DNA from: Thermodesulfobacteriota bacterium
Lineage (GTDB): Bacteria > Desulfobacterota > Desulfobulbia > Desulfobulbales > SURF-16
Direction: 5' to 3'
Assembly: GCA_039714595.1 (NCBI GenBank)
Contig: JBDLJA010000011.1
Span: 148 to 64,147 of the forward strand
Length of the DNA stretch: 64,000 nucleotides
Part shown: positions 8,853 to 18,069 of the stretch, in pieces
Position numbering within the stretch: the first letter of the stretch is position 1
Layout of the letters: every line of letters begins with the position of its first letter
Program-made: the position numbers and the translations under genes
Notes under the pieces: model-generated
Told to the model about the DNA's origin: nothing
The model's database searches: none
The model's input: the letters and a program-made list of their open reading frames with translations, nothing else

Positions 8853-11060
8853 ATGATCGACCAAGACGATTTTCCTGAAGAGAGCGAGATCCACCTGCGC
8901 GATTATCTGCGGGTGATAAAGAAGCGCAAGGCTATCGTTCTCACCTTTGCCGTTATCACCATTGCTGTGGTTCTCCTGGCCACCCTGGCCACCACCCCCC
9001 TTTACCGGGCCAGTGCCGAGGTGCTCATTGAGCGCAACTATGACACCGAGCTCACCGGCGGCCGGGGCTATGTGCCCTATGACCCGGAGTTTTACGGCAC
9101 CCAGTTCAATATCATCCAGAGCAAGAACGTGGTGCGCCGCGTGGTGGAGAAACTGCAACTAGACAGCCGCTACCGCCACTACTTTTTACAGCCGGAGCAG
9201 ACCTCACTGTTCCAGCCCATTAAAGACGGGCTGGGGGCAATTATCTCCGCCCTGCTGCCGGCGGCCGGGGAAGAGGACGGTGAGGCGGGTGGGGCGGCCG
9301 CCCTGACGCCTGAGAAGCTGAGCGATGCCGAGATCATCACCGGTATGATCCGCGGCGGCATGGCCGCTAAACCGATCAACAACACCAAGATCGTGGTGAT
9401 CAGCTATCTCCACGAGAATCCCGCCATGGCCCAGCTGGTGGTCAATAATATTGCCGAGGCGTACATGGATGAGATGCTGGACATCAAGACCCACGCCAGC
9501 AACTACACCATCGAATGGATGACCTTGAAGGCGGGGGAGGAGAAGACGAAGCTGGAGGGTTCGGAAAAGGCGCTGCAGCAGTACACCCGCGATCAGGACC
9601 TGGTTACGGTGGAAAACAAGATGGCCATCATCCCCCAGAAGCTGCGCGAGTTTTCCAGCCAGCTCTCCCGGGCCCAGGCCGAGGCGCGGCAGCTGCAGGA
9701 TGTCTATCAGCAGATCAGCGATGCCGGCGATAATCTGGCCGCCCTGGAGGCGATCCCCAGCTTCACCGCCAACGCCACCCTCCAGGCCATGCGGGACGAT
9801 ATCCTCAAGGCCCAGCAGCATATCGGCGAGCTTTCCAAGAAGTATGGCCCCAAGCACCCCCTGATGATCAAGGCGGTGGACGAGCGTGATATGCTGGTCC
9901 GGGAGAAGAAGAATGAGATCATCCGGATCAAGAGGACCACGGAGAACGACTACAAGCTGGCCACGGCCAAGGCGGTCAATGTTCAGGCCCTGCTTGATCT
10001 GACCAAGAATGATCTCCTCAACCTCAAAGAACGCTTCATCCAGTATGACATCTTAAAGCGCGAGGTGGACACCAACCGCGTTCTCTATGATGCTTTAGTC
10101 TCGCGGATCAAGCAGCAGAGCGCCAGTGAGCAGACCCAGACGGTTAATATCTGGGTGGTGAAAAAGGCGGATCTGCCAATGGGGCCGGCCAAGCCGCGTA
10201 AGGGCCGCAATATGATGCTCGCCTTAATCCTCGGCGTCTTTGGCGGGGTGGGCATGGCCTTTTTTGTCGAGTATCTGGATAACACCGTTAAATCGCCGGA
10301 AGAGGTGGAGAGAAGGATGGGGGTTCCCATCCTCGGCGTTATCCCGGTGCCGGCCAAGAAGGATGATGACGCGGTCGCCATCGTCAAGAATGATCCCAAG
10401 TCCCTGCTGGCCGAGAGCTACCGCTCCATGCGCAGCCAGGTGCTCCTCTCCTCGGCCGAGCATCCGCCGGCCGCCATGCTGGTGAGCAGTGTTACGCCCC
10501 AGGAGGGCAAGACCACCACTGCGGCGAATTTCTCCCGCATCCTGGCCCAGGCCGATAACAGCGTCCTGGTTATTGACTGTGACATGCGCAAGCCCAGGCT
10601 CCACAAGGTGTTTGGCGTGGCCAACCAGGAGGGCTTAAGTAATTTCCTCTCCGGCGCCATTGAGGCGCCCCCCATTGCCACGGCCATTGGCGATAATGTC
10701 CACCTGATAACATCAGGGCCCATTCCCCCCAATCCGGCCGAACTGCTCAGCTCCCGTAACATGGTGAGTCTGCTGGAGGGGGCCAGGGCCAAGTATGACC
10801 ATGTTATTCTCGACTCGCCGCCGGTGATGAGTGTGACCGACGGCCAGATCTTAAGCCGGCTGGTTGACGGCACCGTGCTGGTGGCCAGGTCCGGCCAGGC
10901 CACCTGGGAGCAGTTGCAGCATGGGGTGAAGATGTTTACCGATGTCCACGCCCATCTCCTGGGTATCGTCTTAAACGGGGTTGAAAAGGGCCATGCCGAC
11001 GGTTACTACTACCAGGGTTACTACAGCTACTATGGGGATGAGCAGGATTTAAAGGGCTGA
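8853..11060 (+). CDS. wzc: Polysaccharide co-polymerase / tyrosine autokinase (Wzc/GumC)
   Basis: EIHLRDYLRVI, two TM segments, coiled coil, Walker A SVTPQEGKTT, IDCDMRKP, ILDSPP and a C-terminal Tyr cluster GYYYQGYYSYY. Confidence 0.95.
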   Translation: MIDQDDFPEESEIHLRDYLRVIKKRKAIVLTFAVITIAVVLLATLATTPLYRASAEVLIERNYDTELTGGRGYVPYDPEFYGTQFNIIQSKNVVRRVVEKLQLDSRYRHYFLQPEQTSLFQPIKDGLGAIISALLPAAGEEDGEAGGAAALTPEKLSDAEIITGMIRGGMAAKPINNTKIVVISYLHENPAMAQLVVNNIAEAYMDEMLDIKTHASNYTIEWMTLKAGEEKTKLEGSEKALQQYTRDQDLVTVENKMAIIPQKLREFSSQLSRAQAEARQLQDVYQQISDAGDNLAALEAIPSFTANATLQAMRDDILKAQQHIGELSKKYGPKHPLMIKAVDERDMLVREKKNEIIRIKRTTENDYKLATAKAVNVQALLDLTKNDLLNLKERFIQYDILKREVDTNRVLYDALVSRIKQQSASEQTQTVNIWVVKKADLPMGPAKPRKGRNMMLALILGVFGGVGMAFFVEYLDNTVKSPEEVERRMGVPILGVIPVPAKKDDDAVAIVKNDPKSLLAESYRSMRSQVLLSSAEHPPAAMLVSSVTPQEGKTTTAANFSRILAQADNSVLVIDCDMRKPRLHKVFGVANQEGLSNFLSGAIEAPPIATAIGDNVHLITSGPIPPNPAELLSSRNMVSLLEGARAKYDHVILDSPPVMSVTDGQILSRLVDGTVLVARSGQATWEQLQHGVKMFTDVHAHLLGIVLNGVEKGHADGYYYQGYYSYYGDEQDLKG

Positions 11061-11074
11061 AGGGGGGCGCTGTT

Positions 11075-11773
11075 ATGATCGACATCCACAGCCATATCCT
11101 CCCCGGCCTTGATGACGGCGCCGCTGACCTTGACACCGCCCTTGCCATGGCCCGAATGGCGGTGGCCGATGGCATTATTGGCATGATCGCTACCCCCCAC
11201 ATCAGCCATGATTCCGCCCTGGCCCGGGAGGAGATTGCCCGGCAGGTGGCAGCCCTTAACGCCGCCCTGGCGGAGCAGGGGATATCCCTTGCCATCTATG
11301 CTGGGGCCGAGGTGCCCCTGGGCCATGAGCTGGCCGGTTCCAGCTACCTGTTGCACAACGGCCCCTACATCCTGGTGGAGTTCCCCCATTCCCATATCCC
11401 CGGCAACGCGGCTGAGCAGCTCTTTGCCCTGCGTTGCGCTGGCCTGATCCCCATAATCGCCCACCCCGAGCGCAACGGCGAGGTGTTACGCGAGCCGGAG
11501 CGGCTGGTGGAGCTGGTGGCGGCCGGGGCCTTGAGCCAGTTGACGGCGGAAAGCCTCACCGGCGAGCTGGGCAGCCAGGTTCAGCAGTGCAGCCATTATC
11601 TTTTAAGAAAGAAGCTGGGCCATTTTCTGGCCACGGACTGCCATTCCCTGCGCTTTCGCCGGCCCAAGATCAAAAAGGCGCTGAAGATCGCCAGGCGTCT
11701 GCTGGGCAAGGACCCGGCCCAGCGGCTGGTTGGCGCCAATCCGGAGGCGGTCATCAACGGTACGCCGCTCTAA
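11075..11773 (+). CDS. PHP-family tyrosine-protein phosphatase (CpsB/CapC/YwqE type)
   Basis: MIDIHSHILPGLDDGA, ATPH, IIAHPERN and ATDCH. Confidence 0.95.
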   Translation: MIDIHSHILPGLDDGAADLDTALAMARMAVADGIIGMIATPHISHDSALAREEIARQVAALNAALAEQGISLAIYAGAEVPLGHELAGSSYLLHNGPYILVEFPHSHIPGNAAEQLFALRCAGLIPIIAHPERNGEVLREPERLVELVAAGALSQLTAESLTGELGSQVQQCSHYLLRKKLGHFLATDCHSLRFRRPKIKKALKIARRLLGKDPAQRLVGANPEAVINGTPL

Positions 11774-11794
11774 GTGGCGCGGGGGGACAAGTAA

Positions 11795-14146
11795 ATGCAG
11801 AGAGTATCTTACTACCTTTTTATCTTTCTCCTCATCTTCTGTCCCTTAGCCTTTGGCACGGTGGAGCCGTGGTCGCTGACCGTCATGGAGTTTATGGCGC
11901 CCCTGGCCCTGCTTCTCTATATGGTGGGGAGCAGGAAGGGGCCGGGGAGCTGGCAGCGGGTGCCGGGGCTTGTCCCCCTGCTTCTCTTTTTACTCTTCAT
12001 GGCCCTGCAGCTCCTGCCCCTGCCCCAGGCCCTGTTGGCCCTGCTTTCCCCGGCCGGCAGTGAGCTGTACCAGCCGGCCCGGGTAGTGGCCGGTACCTCC
12101 TCCTCCTCCTCTCTCTGGCTGCCCATCTCGGTGAACCCGTTGGCCACCGCCCAGGAACTCTGCCGCTATCTGGCCTACGGTTGCTTTTACGTCCTCACGG
12201 TCCAGCTCTGCAGCCGTTACAAGCGATTGCGCCGCACCATGCTCATCGTTGTCGCCCTGGCGGCTGGCATCGCCTTTCTGGCCGTGATCCAGAAGTTTCT
12301 CTCGCCCGATAAGATCTACTGGTTCCGGCCGGTGCCGGGTAATGCCACGGCCTCGGGCCCCTGGATCTACCGCAATCACTTTTCCGGCTTCATGGAGATG
12401 ACTCTCCCCCTGGCCCTGGCCCTCTTTCTCCACTACCGGCCCCGCATCCGCTACGACATCTCCTGGCGGGAAAAGATCTACTCCCTCTTCACCCTGCCCC
12501 ATGCCAACCTCCACACCCTCCTTGGTTTCGCGGCGATCTTAAGCGGGCTGGCCATTGTGGTCAGCCTCTCCAGGGGCGGGACCATCAGCATGCTTATCGC
12601 CCTTCTCCTCTTTGTCGTGCTCCTGCGCTGGACCGGTCAGGTGCGGCGGGGAGTTGTGCCGCTGACGGGCTGCATACTCCTGGTGCTCCTGGCCACCACC
12701 TGGTTTGGCTGGGAGCCCGTTGTCGAGCGCTTTAACCGCATGACCAACAGCGAGAATGTCCTCTTTGATGGCCGTTTTCTTATCTGGGCCGACACCATGC
12801 CCATCATCCGTGACTATTTAATGACCGGGGCCGGTTTTGGCTCCTTTATTCATATCTATCCCCTCTACCGCCAGGAGATGGGGGGAGAGCGGCTGGTGGA
12901 TCATGCCCACAATGACTACCTGGAGCTCTTGACAGACGGGGGGCTGGTGGCCGCCCTGCTGGTCTTCTGTTTCCTGGTCTCCATCTTCTGGCAGAGCGGC
13001 AGACGGCTCGCCAAGCGGCGGGATTCCTTTGCCAAGCTTCTCTTCTCCGCGGCCGCGACCAGTATTGGTGCTATCCTGGTGCACAGCGTCACCGATTTCA
13101 ACATGCACAATGGCGCCAATGGCCTCTACTTCTTCTTTGTCTGCGGTCTCCTGGTGGCGGCCAGCCACACCAGGCGGCGGGGCGGGGCGCGGCCCAGTTA
13201 TCTGCCCGCCCAACAGATGCCCCTCTTTGCTGCCGGCCTGCCCCTCCTCCTTCTTCTCGCCATTACCTCGGTGAACCTGGGTATGATTCAGGCCACTGGC
13301 CTGCTGCGGCCCCTGGCCCGGGTCTACCTTAACCCCAATATCCCGGCCGAGAGGCTGGCGGAGATGGCGGCCCAGGCCAGGCTGGCTAGCGCCAAGGCCA
13401 GATTCGATGCCAGGCCCCCATTTCAGCTGGCCAATATCGCTACCTTTCAGGGCGACTATGAGCTGGCCAAGCAGAACTACGGCCTGGCCCTGCGCTACAA
13501 CCCCACCAACCCAGCCTATCTGGCCCAGGCCGGCCTCTACCTGGGGCAGAGGGAAGAAGAGGCGGGCCGCGTTCTCCTCACGGCCGCGGCCAAAGGAGAG
13601 CGGACCAACCCGGAGATAAGCAAGGATCTGGCCGACTGGCTCCTGCGCCAGGGTGACACGGAGAAGGGGCTGGCCCAGTTGCGGCAGGCCATGACCATGG
13701 AGGAGGGGAGGGGGAATTTTTCCGAGTATGTCGCCCTGGCCCTTATCCATGACCTTGATCTTTCGGCCATGGAGAAGGTGTTGCCGCAGGAGGCCCAGGC
13801 CCACATCCGCTTTGCCGCCTTCCTGGTTAAGCAGGGCGAGGAGGAGATGGCCGCCACCTACTACCTGCGGGCCATGGACTTGGTGGCAGAGCAGAGCAGC
13901 AAGGCCCGGTTCTTTACCGCACCCTACTATTTTTTCATGGGCCGGGACGATTATGACAAGGCGCTGCTGGTGATTAGAAAGGGGGTGGCCTTCCACCCGG
14001 ATGACGCCAACCTCCAGATTCTGGCTGGCGAGGTCTATCGAAAGATGGGAATTTCCTACCGGGCTGCTGAACATTTCCGCCAGGCCTTGCTGATCTCCCC
14101 GGGTAACAGCAGGGCCACCCGGGGGCTGGCTGCCCTGGAGGAGTAG
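11795..14146 (+). CDS. O-antigen ligase (Wzy_C) family membrane protein with C-terminal TPR repeats
   Basis: About 12 TM helices, GPWIYRNHFSGF, SLSRGG, GAGFGSF, HAHNDYLE and HSVTDFNMH; helical TPR-like tail. Confidence 0.9.
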   Translation: MQRVSYYLFIFLLIFCPLAFGTVEPWSLTVMEFMAPLALLLYMVGSRKGPGSWQRVPGLVPLLLFLLFMALQLLPLPQALLALLSPAGSELYQPARVVAGTSSSSSLWLPISVNPLATAQELCRYLAYGCFYVLTVQLCSRYKRLRRTMLIVVALAAGIAFLAVIQKFLSPDKIYWFRPVPGNATASGPWIYRNHFSGFMEMTLPLALALFLHYRPRIRYDISWREKIYSLFTLPHANLHTLLGFAAILSGLAIVVSLSRGGTISMLIALLLFVVLLRWTGQVRRGVVPLTGCILLVLLATTWFGWEPVVERFNRMTNSENVLFDGRFLIWADTMPIIRDYLMTGAGFGSFIHIYPLYRQEMGGERLVDHAHNDYLELLTDGGLVAALLVFCFLVSIFWQSGRRLAKRRDSFAKLLFSAAATSIGAILVHSVTDFNMHNGANGLYFFFVCGLLVAASHTRRRGGARPSYLPAQQMPLFAAGLPLLLLLAITSVNLGMIQATGLLRPLARVYLNPNIPAERLAEMAAQARLASAKARFDARPPFQLANIATFQGDYELAKQNYGLALRYNPTNPAYLAQAGLYLGQREEEAGRVLLTAAAKGERTNPEISKDLADWLLRQGDTEKGLAQLRQAMTMEEGRGNFSEYVALALIHDLDLSAMEKVLPQEAQAHIRFAAFLVKQGEEEMAATYYLRAMDLVAEQSSKARFFTAPYYFFMGRDDYDKALLVIRKGVAFHPDDANLQILAGEVYRKMGISYRAAEHFRQALLISPGNSRATRGLAALEE

Positions 14147-14253
14147 ATTCAAGATTCAAGATTCAAGGTTCAAGGTTCAAGTTGCAAGGGAAAGGCCAGT
14201 GTGACTCCTCCCTTGCCACTTGTAACTTGCCTCTTGCATCTTTTACCTTGGAC
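14147..14253. repeat. Inverted heptamer arrays (6 forward, 6 reverse) filling a convergent intergenic gap
   Basis: attcaag x3, gttcaag x2, ttgcaag (14147-14188); cttgcca cttgtaa cttgcct cttgcat cttttac cttggac (14212-14253). Confidence 0.9.
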
Positions 14254-14257
14254 CTGA

Positions 14258-14800
14258 TCAATCGGTGACGTGTTCTTCCGCGTACTGGGCCATCACCTCA
14301 TGGATATGGTAGGGGGGGCGCACCTTGAAGTAGTGATCAACGATCATGTGGCCCATCTCATGGGCCATGACCCGCAGGTTGGCGTCATTCACTGATACAT
14401 AAATGGTTTTTTCCTTCAGGGAGTAGTAGGCGATATGGCTGGCCTGTTTGCCATACTTCTGTTGGTAAAGCTGCTGCACTTCTTTTTTCGACGGCAGCAG
14501 GACAAGGGAGAACTGGATAATCGGCGGATACATATCAAGTACCGTCTCCACCTTTTCCACCACCAGATCAACCTTGTTGGCCACCTCATCGACCCTGTTC
14601 AGGGTCTTCATCTTCCGCAGGATCAAGCTGAGTGAACGGCCCAGGTACAGCTCATTGGCAAACCTGTCCAGGAGTTTTTCATCGGCGAAATGCACCGTGG
14701 CATAGCGGGTCTTGATCTCCTGGGCCAGCGTCTGGCAGGAGGTAGAGGTTAGGATGATTCCCGTGCAGAAGATGATCTTTAGCAGATTGGCTCTAGCCAT
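14258..14800 (-). CDS. Exported protein with an HExxH...E zinc-metallopeptidase-like motif
   Basis: N-terminal signal-like segment; VMAHEMGHMIVDHYF...IHEVMAQY near the C-terminus. Confidence 0.7.
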   Translation of the reverse strand: MARANLLKIIFCTGIILTSTSCQTLAQEIKTRYATVHFADEKLLDRFANELYLGRSLSLILRKMKTLNRVDEVANKVDLVVEKVETVLDMYPPIIQFSLVLLPSKKEVQQLYQQKYGKQASHIAYYSLKEKTIYVSVNDANLRVMAHEMGHMIVDHYFKVRPPYHIHEVMAQYAEEHVTD

Positions 14801-14897
14801 GGGATTACTATTTATCCAGGTTGTTCTGCAGGTTCGGCCGCGGCTCGGGTTAGATGGTTAAATGGTTTTGCTGCTGGCACGGATATCTGGCCTCCTT

Positions 14898-15752
14898 TCA
14901 GGCTGAAGATCCACGCTTTGGGGCGTCACCCTCTGCCCGGGGTCGGTCACCATTGCCACTGATGGTCCCTGGCAGGTCGGCAACTGTCTGATTGCTCTTG
15001 TCGCTAGTCAGGTCAGGGGCTGGGTCAGCATGGCGGCCCGGGTCAGATATTTGCTGGCCACTGTTCGCCCTGGGGGTGAACAACGCCTTAAGCCCGGCTC
15101 TCTGGCCCCTGAGATACTCCTCCATGGTCAAGGTCTGCTCTGCCGCCGCCAGCTGCTGCCGACCAGATTCCATCGGCCAATCATTGCCGGCAATTTTATA
15201 TGCCCGCACCGCCTGGCTGATTTCTTCACTCAGCTCCCTTATTCTCACCTGGCGCCACTTGCTCGAGATAGACGGGCCGGCCACGATGCCTTCAAGCTCA
15301 AAGCTCAGCTCTCCCAATTTCTGCATGGTTATGGCAAGTTTGGCGTTCAGGTCCGTTAAGTTCCGGGCCACCGCCTTGCCATCATCCTTGGGGCGCAGGT
15401 GAACGGTTTGGCCGATATGGCCGCCATTCATCTCCTGGAGTATCTTTTCGAATCTATAGAGGGGGCCGGCCATGCGCTGGGTCTGCCAGAAGACAACGAG
15501 GAGGACGATAAAGCCAAAGGGGATGAGGAGAACCCAGCCGGCCTTTAACATCTGCTGGACAAAGAGAAGGGGGGTGCGCCCCACCTGCAGGTCATTGCCC
15601 TGGTAGACAATGGTGAGGCTGTCAGAGGTGAAATAGGCGAGGAGCAGGCTGAAGATGAGGCTGCTCACTGTCAGGAGCAGGTAAAATTGCAGCATTAACC
15701 GGCCCTGGTAGCGCTTATTTACAAAAATATTGCGGCGTTTATTGTTCTTCAT
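14898..15752 (-). CDS. Two-TM HAMP-domain protein (truncated MCP-like, no signalling domain)
   Basis: KRRNIFVNKRYQGRL N-terminus, two TMs, MAGPLYRFEKILQEM..G...VHLRPKDD HAMP pattern; ATG 15752 overlaps the upstream gene. Confidence 0.75.
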   Translation of the reverse strand: MKNNKRRNIFVNKRYQGRLMLQFYLLLTVSSLIFSLLLAYFTSDSLTIVYQGNDLQVGRTPLLFVQQMLKAGWVLLIPFGFIVLLVVFWQTQRMAGPLYRFEKILQEMNGGHIGQTVHLRPKDDGKAVARNLTDLNAKLAITMQKLGELSFELEGIVAGPSISSKWRQVRIRELSEEISQAVRAYKIAGNDWPMESGRQQLAAAEQTLTMEEYLRGQRAGLKALFTPRANSGQQISDPGRHADPAPDLTSDKSNQTVADLPGTISGNGDRPRAEGDAPKRGSSA

Positions 15753-16500
15753 CTCTAGAGTGGTATTGGTTCTGGTCCTGGGCCAGTTCAACCGTGGCCC
15801 TGTTGCGTAAACCTTGCAGCCAGTTGGCGTAAATTTCCTCCCGGCGGTAATCGCTGATACTGGCCCTGATAGTGGCCGCGTCAGATGTTTTACCCGTCAC
15901 ACTTTTCGGGGAGATTCTTTTGAGGGTGATTGTATAGGTATCGTTGAATATCTTGACCGGTTTTGATCTCTGGCCCTCCTCCATGAATAAGATATTCATC
16001 CGTACTCCTAGGTCCAGCTCGTCAAAAAGGGCGGTAACCAGTTGGGCCTTGCCCTTGTCGGCCCCATCAGGGGAAAGAGCCTGCTGCTCTTCTGGCGTAA
16101 GCTCCAGGGAAATTTCCCGCCCCGTGAGACTTTGGTACGCCTCTATCTCTGCCGCAGTGGGGGTGTGGGAAATTGCGGCCAACTGCCGTTGGACCAGAAC
16201 GGAGACGAGGGACTGCTCATAGAAGTTTTTCAACATCTCCTGAAAACTCTCCTCATGGTCAATCTGTTGCCGTAAGGCCTCAGCGATGAGCAGTTCCCTG
16301 GTTATCAGCGAGTCTGTGATGTTCTCTCTGCCGCCCAGGAGGGCTGGTTGCCGGTGGGTCTTTGTCTCCAGCTCAGCCCGGGAAACGGTGCGGCCATTAA
16401 CGTAAATGGCCTGCTCCCCTTCCCCCTTGCTGGCCGGTTCATAGAGAAGGCCCATGGTGATGAGGGTGGCGATGAGGATAATGGCGGCGATATATTTCAT
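15739..16500 (-). CDS. SurA N-terminal / PPIase-like periplasmic chaperone
   Basis: N-terminal anchor, AIYVNGRTVSRAEL, LITRELLIAEALRQQID and WLQGLRNRATVE. Confidence 0.7.
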   Translation of the reverse strand: MKYIAAIILIATLITMGLLYEPASKGEGEQAIYVNGRTVSRAELETKTHRQPALLGGRENITDSLITRELLIAEALRQQIDHEESFQEMLKNFYEQSLVSVLVQRQLAAISHTPTAAEIEAYQSLTGREISLELTPEEQQALSPDGADKGKAQLVTALFDELDLGVRMNILFMEEGQRSKPVKIFNDTYTITLKRISPKSVTGKTSDAATIRASISDYRREEIYANWLQGLRNRATVELAQDQNQYHSRDEEQ

Positions 16501-16785
16501 GGGGGTGTTTTGTTGCCGTTGCCTGGCTTTTCGTAAATATAAACTTATCTAAAGGGAAAAACTCAGTGCTGCGGCCCCTTGACCATTAGTTGCGCGATTA
16601 AAACGGCCCAACGGTTCCATAAATGTTTCCTGGCGGAGAACTCTACAGACTTAATATTAACAAGGAGATTGGATTCCTGACAAATTATAACATAATAATT
16701 GGCCAAATCAGGGCAGATGTCCCGCCAGAGAGTTGCCCATGGCCACCAGGCGGCCAGCATCACAGGGTGATAAAATGCAAAAAAA

Positions 16786-18069
16786 TCAGCGATACTTTTT
16801 TTGAAGTAATTCCAGCAACTTTTCCCGGTTGTTTCTGGCCTGGTTGAGGATGATGATCACGGCCGGGGCCTTGGCGTTCTCGCTCAGGAAACCGGCGTAG
16901 GAGTAGACGCCGGTCATGGTGCCTGATTTGACCAGGGCCTGTTTATGGCGGGGCAGCAGGTGACGATGGGGGCGAAAGTGGTGGAGGACCTCCAGCATGA
17001 AGCTTGCCGTGAGCCGGTTTTTCGTGCTCAGGCCAGCCCCGTCGATGATGATGATTTGCGGCGAGTTGAGCCCCTTTTTGCTCAGGAAGTTGCTCAAGGC
17101 GTTCCGCGCCTTGGCCCAGGTGGCTGGGGGGCCGTACTCCTTAACGCCGCAGGCCAGGAAAAGGGAGTTGGCTGTGTAGTTATTGGAGTAAAGCAACATC
17201 GCCTTTAGCAACTTATGGAGATCAGGCGAGGGGTGGGTGTAGAGGGGGGTGGCGTTATTCGGGACAAGGCCCGGCTGGCTCTCACCCGTTACTTTAATGC
17301 CGACCTGGGCCAGCTTTGCGGTGAGTAACTCGCCGGTATGTCTCAAGATTGTCTGGCGGTTGCGGCCCACGTTGATCCGGTGGACTCCGGGGGGCAGGAC
17401 ACTGCCCAGCTCGTGCATCAGGGATAGGAAGGGGGTCTGCTCCTCGGCCGAGGAGATGGAGCCGTCTTTATTCACCTGGACATTGATGGTGGTGAAGTTA
17501 GCTCCCAGGGCATTGAGGCTGGCGTCGTAGGGGTTGTTGCTGTTGGAGCTTGAGACCGTGACCTGTTCCAGACCAAAGAAGGAGTCATCCAGGTAGATAT
17601 GGCGCAGCTGTTTCAGCCCTTTTTTCTGGAAGGCCGCGGCTATCTCGGCCATCGCCTCGGAGATGAGTAAAGGGTCTCCGCCCCCCTTGACCCATAGATC
17701 CGGTCCGGGTTTGGTCAGGTAAAATTTGGTCTGGAAATGAAAATCGTCCCCCAGGATCTCCAGGGCCGCCAGGGAGGTTACAACCTTGGTGACGGAGGCG
17801 GGGATGAAGGGGGTGTGGAGATTATGGGCGGCGAGGACTGTACCATGGGAAGCCTCCTGGATACCGTAGCTGCCGTAGTGGACCAGGTCCGGGGGCTGGG
17901 TTGCGCAAGAGGCGAGGGTTGGCAGGAGAAGGAGGGTGATTATCAGCAGAAGGGAGGGGGCTGGCCCGGTTTTATCCAGCCTGCCCCTGGCTCTGCCAGC
18001 CGCAAAAGGGTTCCTCCAGGCCAGCTGCCCGGGGGAACCCTTTATCCGTAAACCGTTGCGGTCTATCAT
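16786..18069 (-). CDS. dacB: D-Ala-D-Ala carboxypeptidase/endopeptidase (PBP4, peptidase S13)
   Basis: PASVTK (SxxK), KGGGDP, YSNN (SxN), DGAGLS, KSGT and LASC lipobox; start uncertain. Confidence 0.88.
   Translation of the reverse strand: MIDRNGLRIKGSPGQLAWRNPFAAGRARGRLDKTGPAPSLLLIITLLLLPTLASCATQPPDLVHYGSYGIQEASHGTVLAAHNLHTPFIPASVTKVVTSLAALEILGDDFHFQTKFYLTKPGPDLWVKGGGDPLLISEAMAEIAAAFQKKGLKQLRHIYLDDSFFGLEQVTVSSSNSNNPYDASLNALGANFTTINVQVNKDGSISSAEEQTPFLSLMHELGSVLPPGVHRINVGRNRQTILRHTGELLTAKLAQVGIKVTGESQPGLVPNNATPLYTHPSPDLHKLLKAMLLYSNNYTANSLFLACGVKEYGPPATWAKARNALSNFLSKKGLNSPQIIIIDGAGLSTKNRLTASFMLEVLHHFRPHRHLLPRHKQALVKSGTMTGVYSYAGFLSENAKAPAVIIILNQARNNREKLLELLQKKYR

Noticed and set aside
12818-14152. 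444-aa minus-strand ORF (likewise 50187..51461, 40422..41492, 32642..33478, 34645..35502)
   Set aside because: These are antisense shadows of well-supported genes, as expected at high GC3, and carry no recognisable motifs.
1744-14253. Heptamer arrays or the 15-bp repeats as CRISPR arrays
   Set aside because: There are no 23-50 bp repeats with unique spacers and no cas genes.
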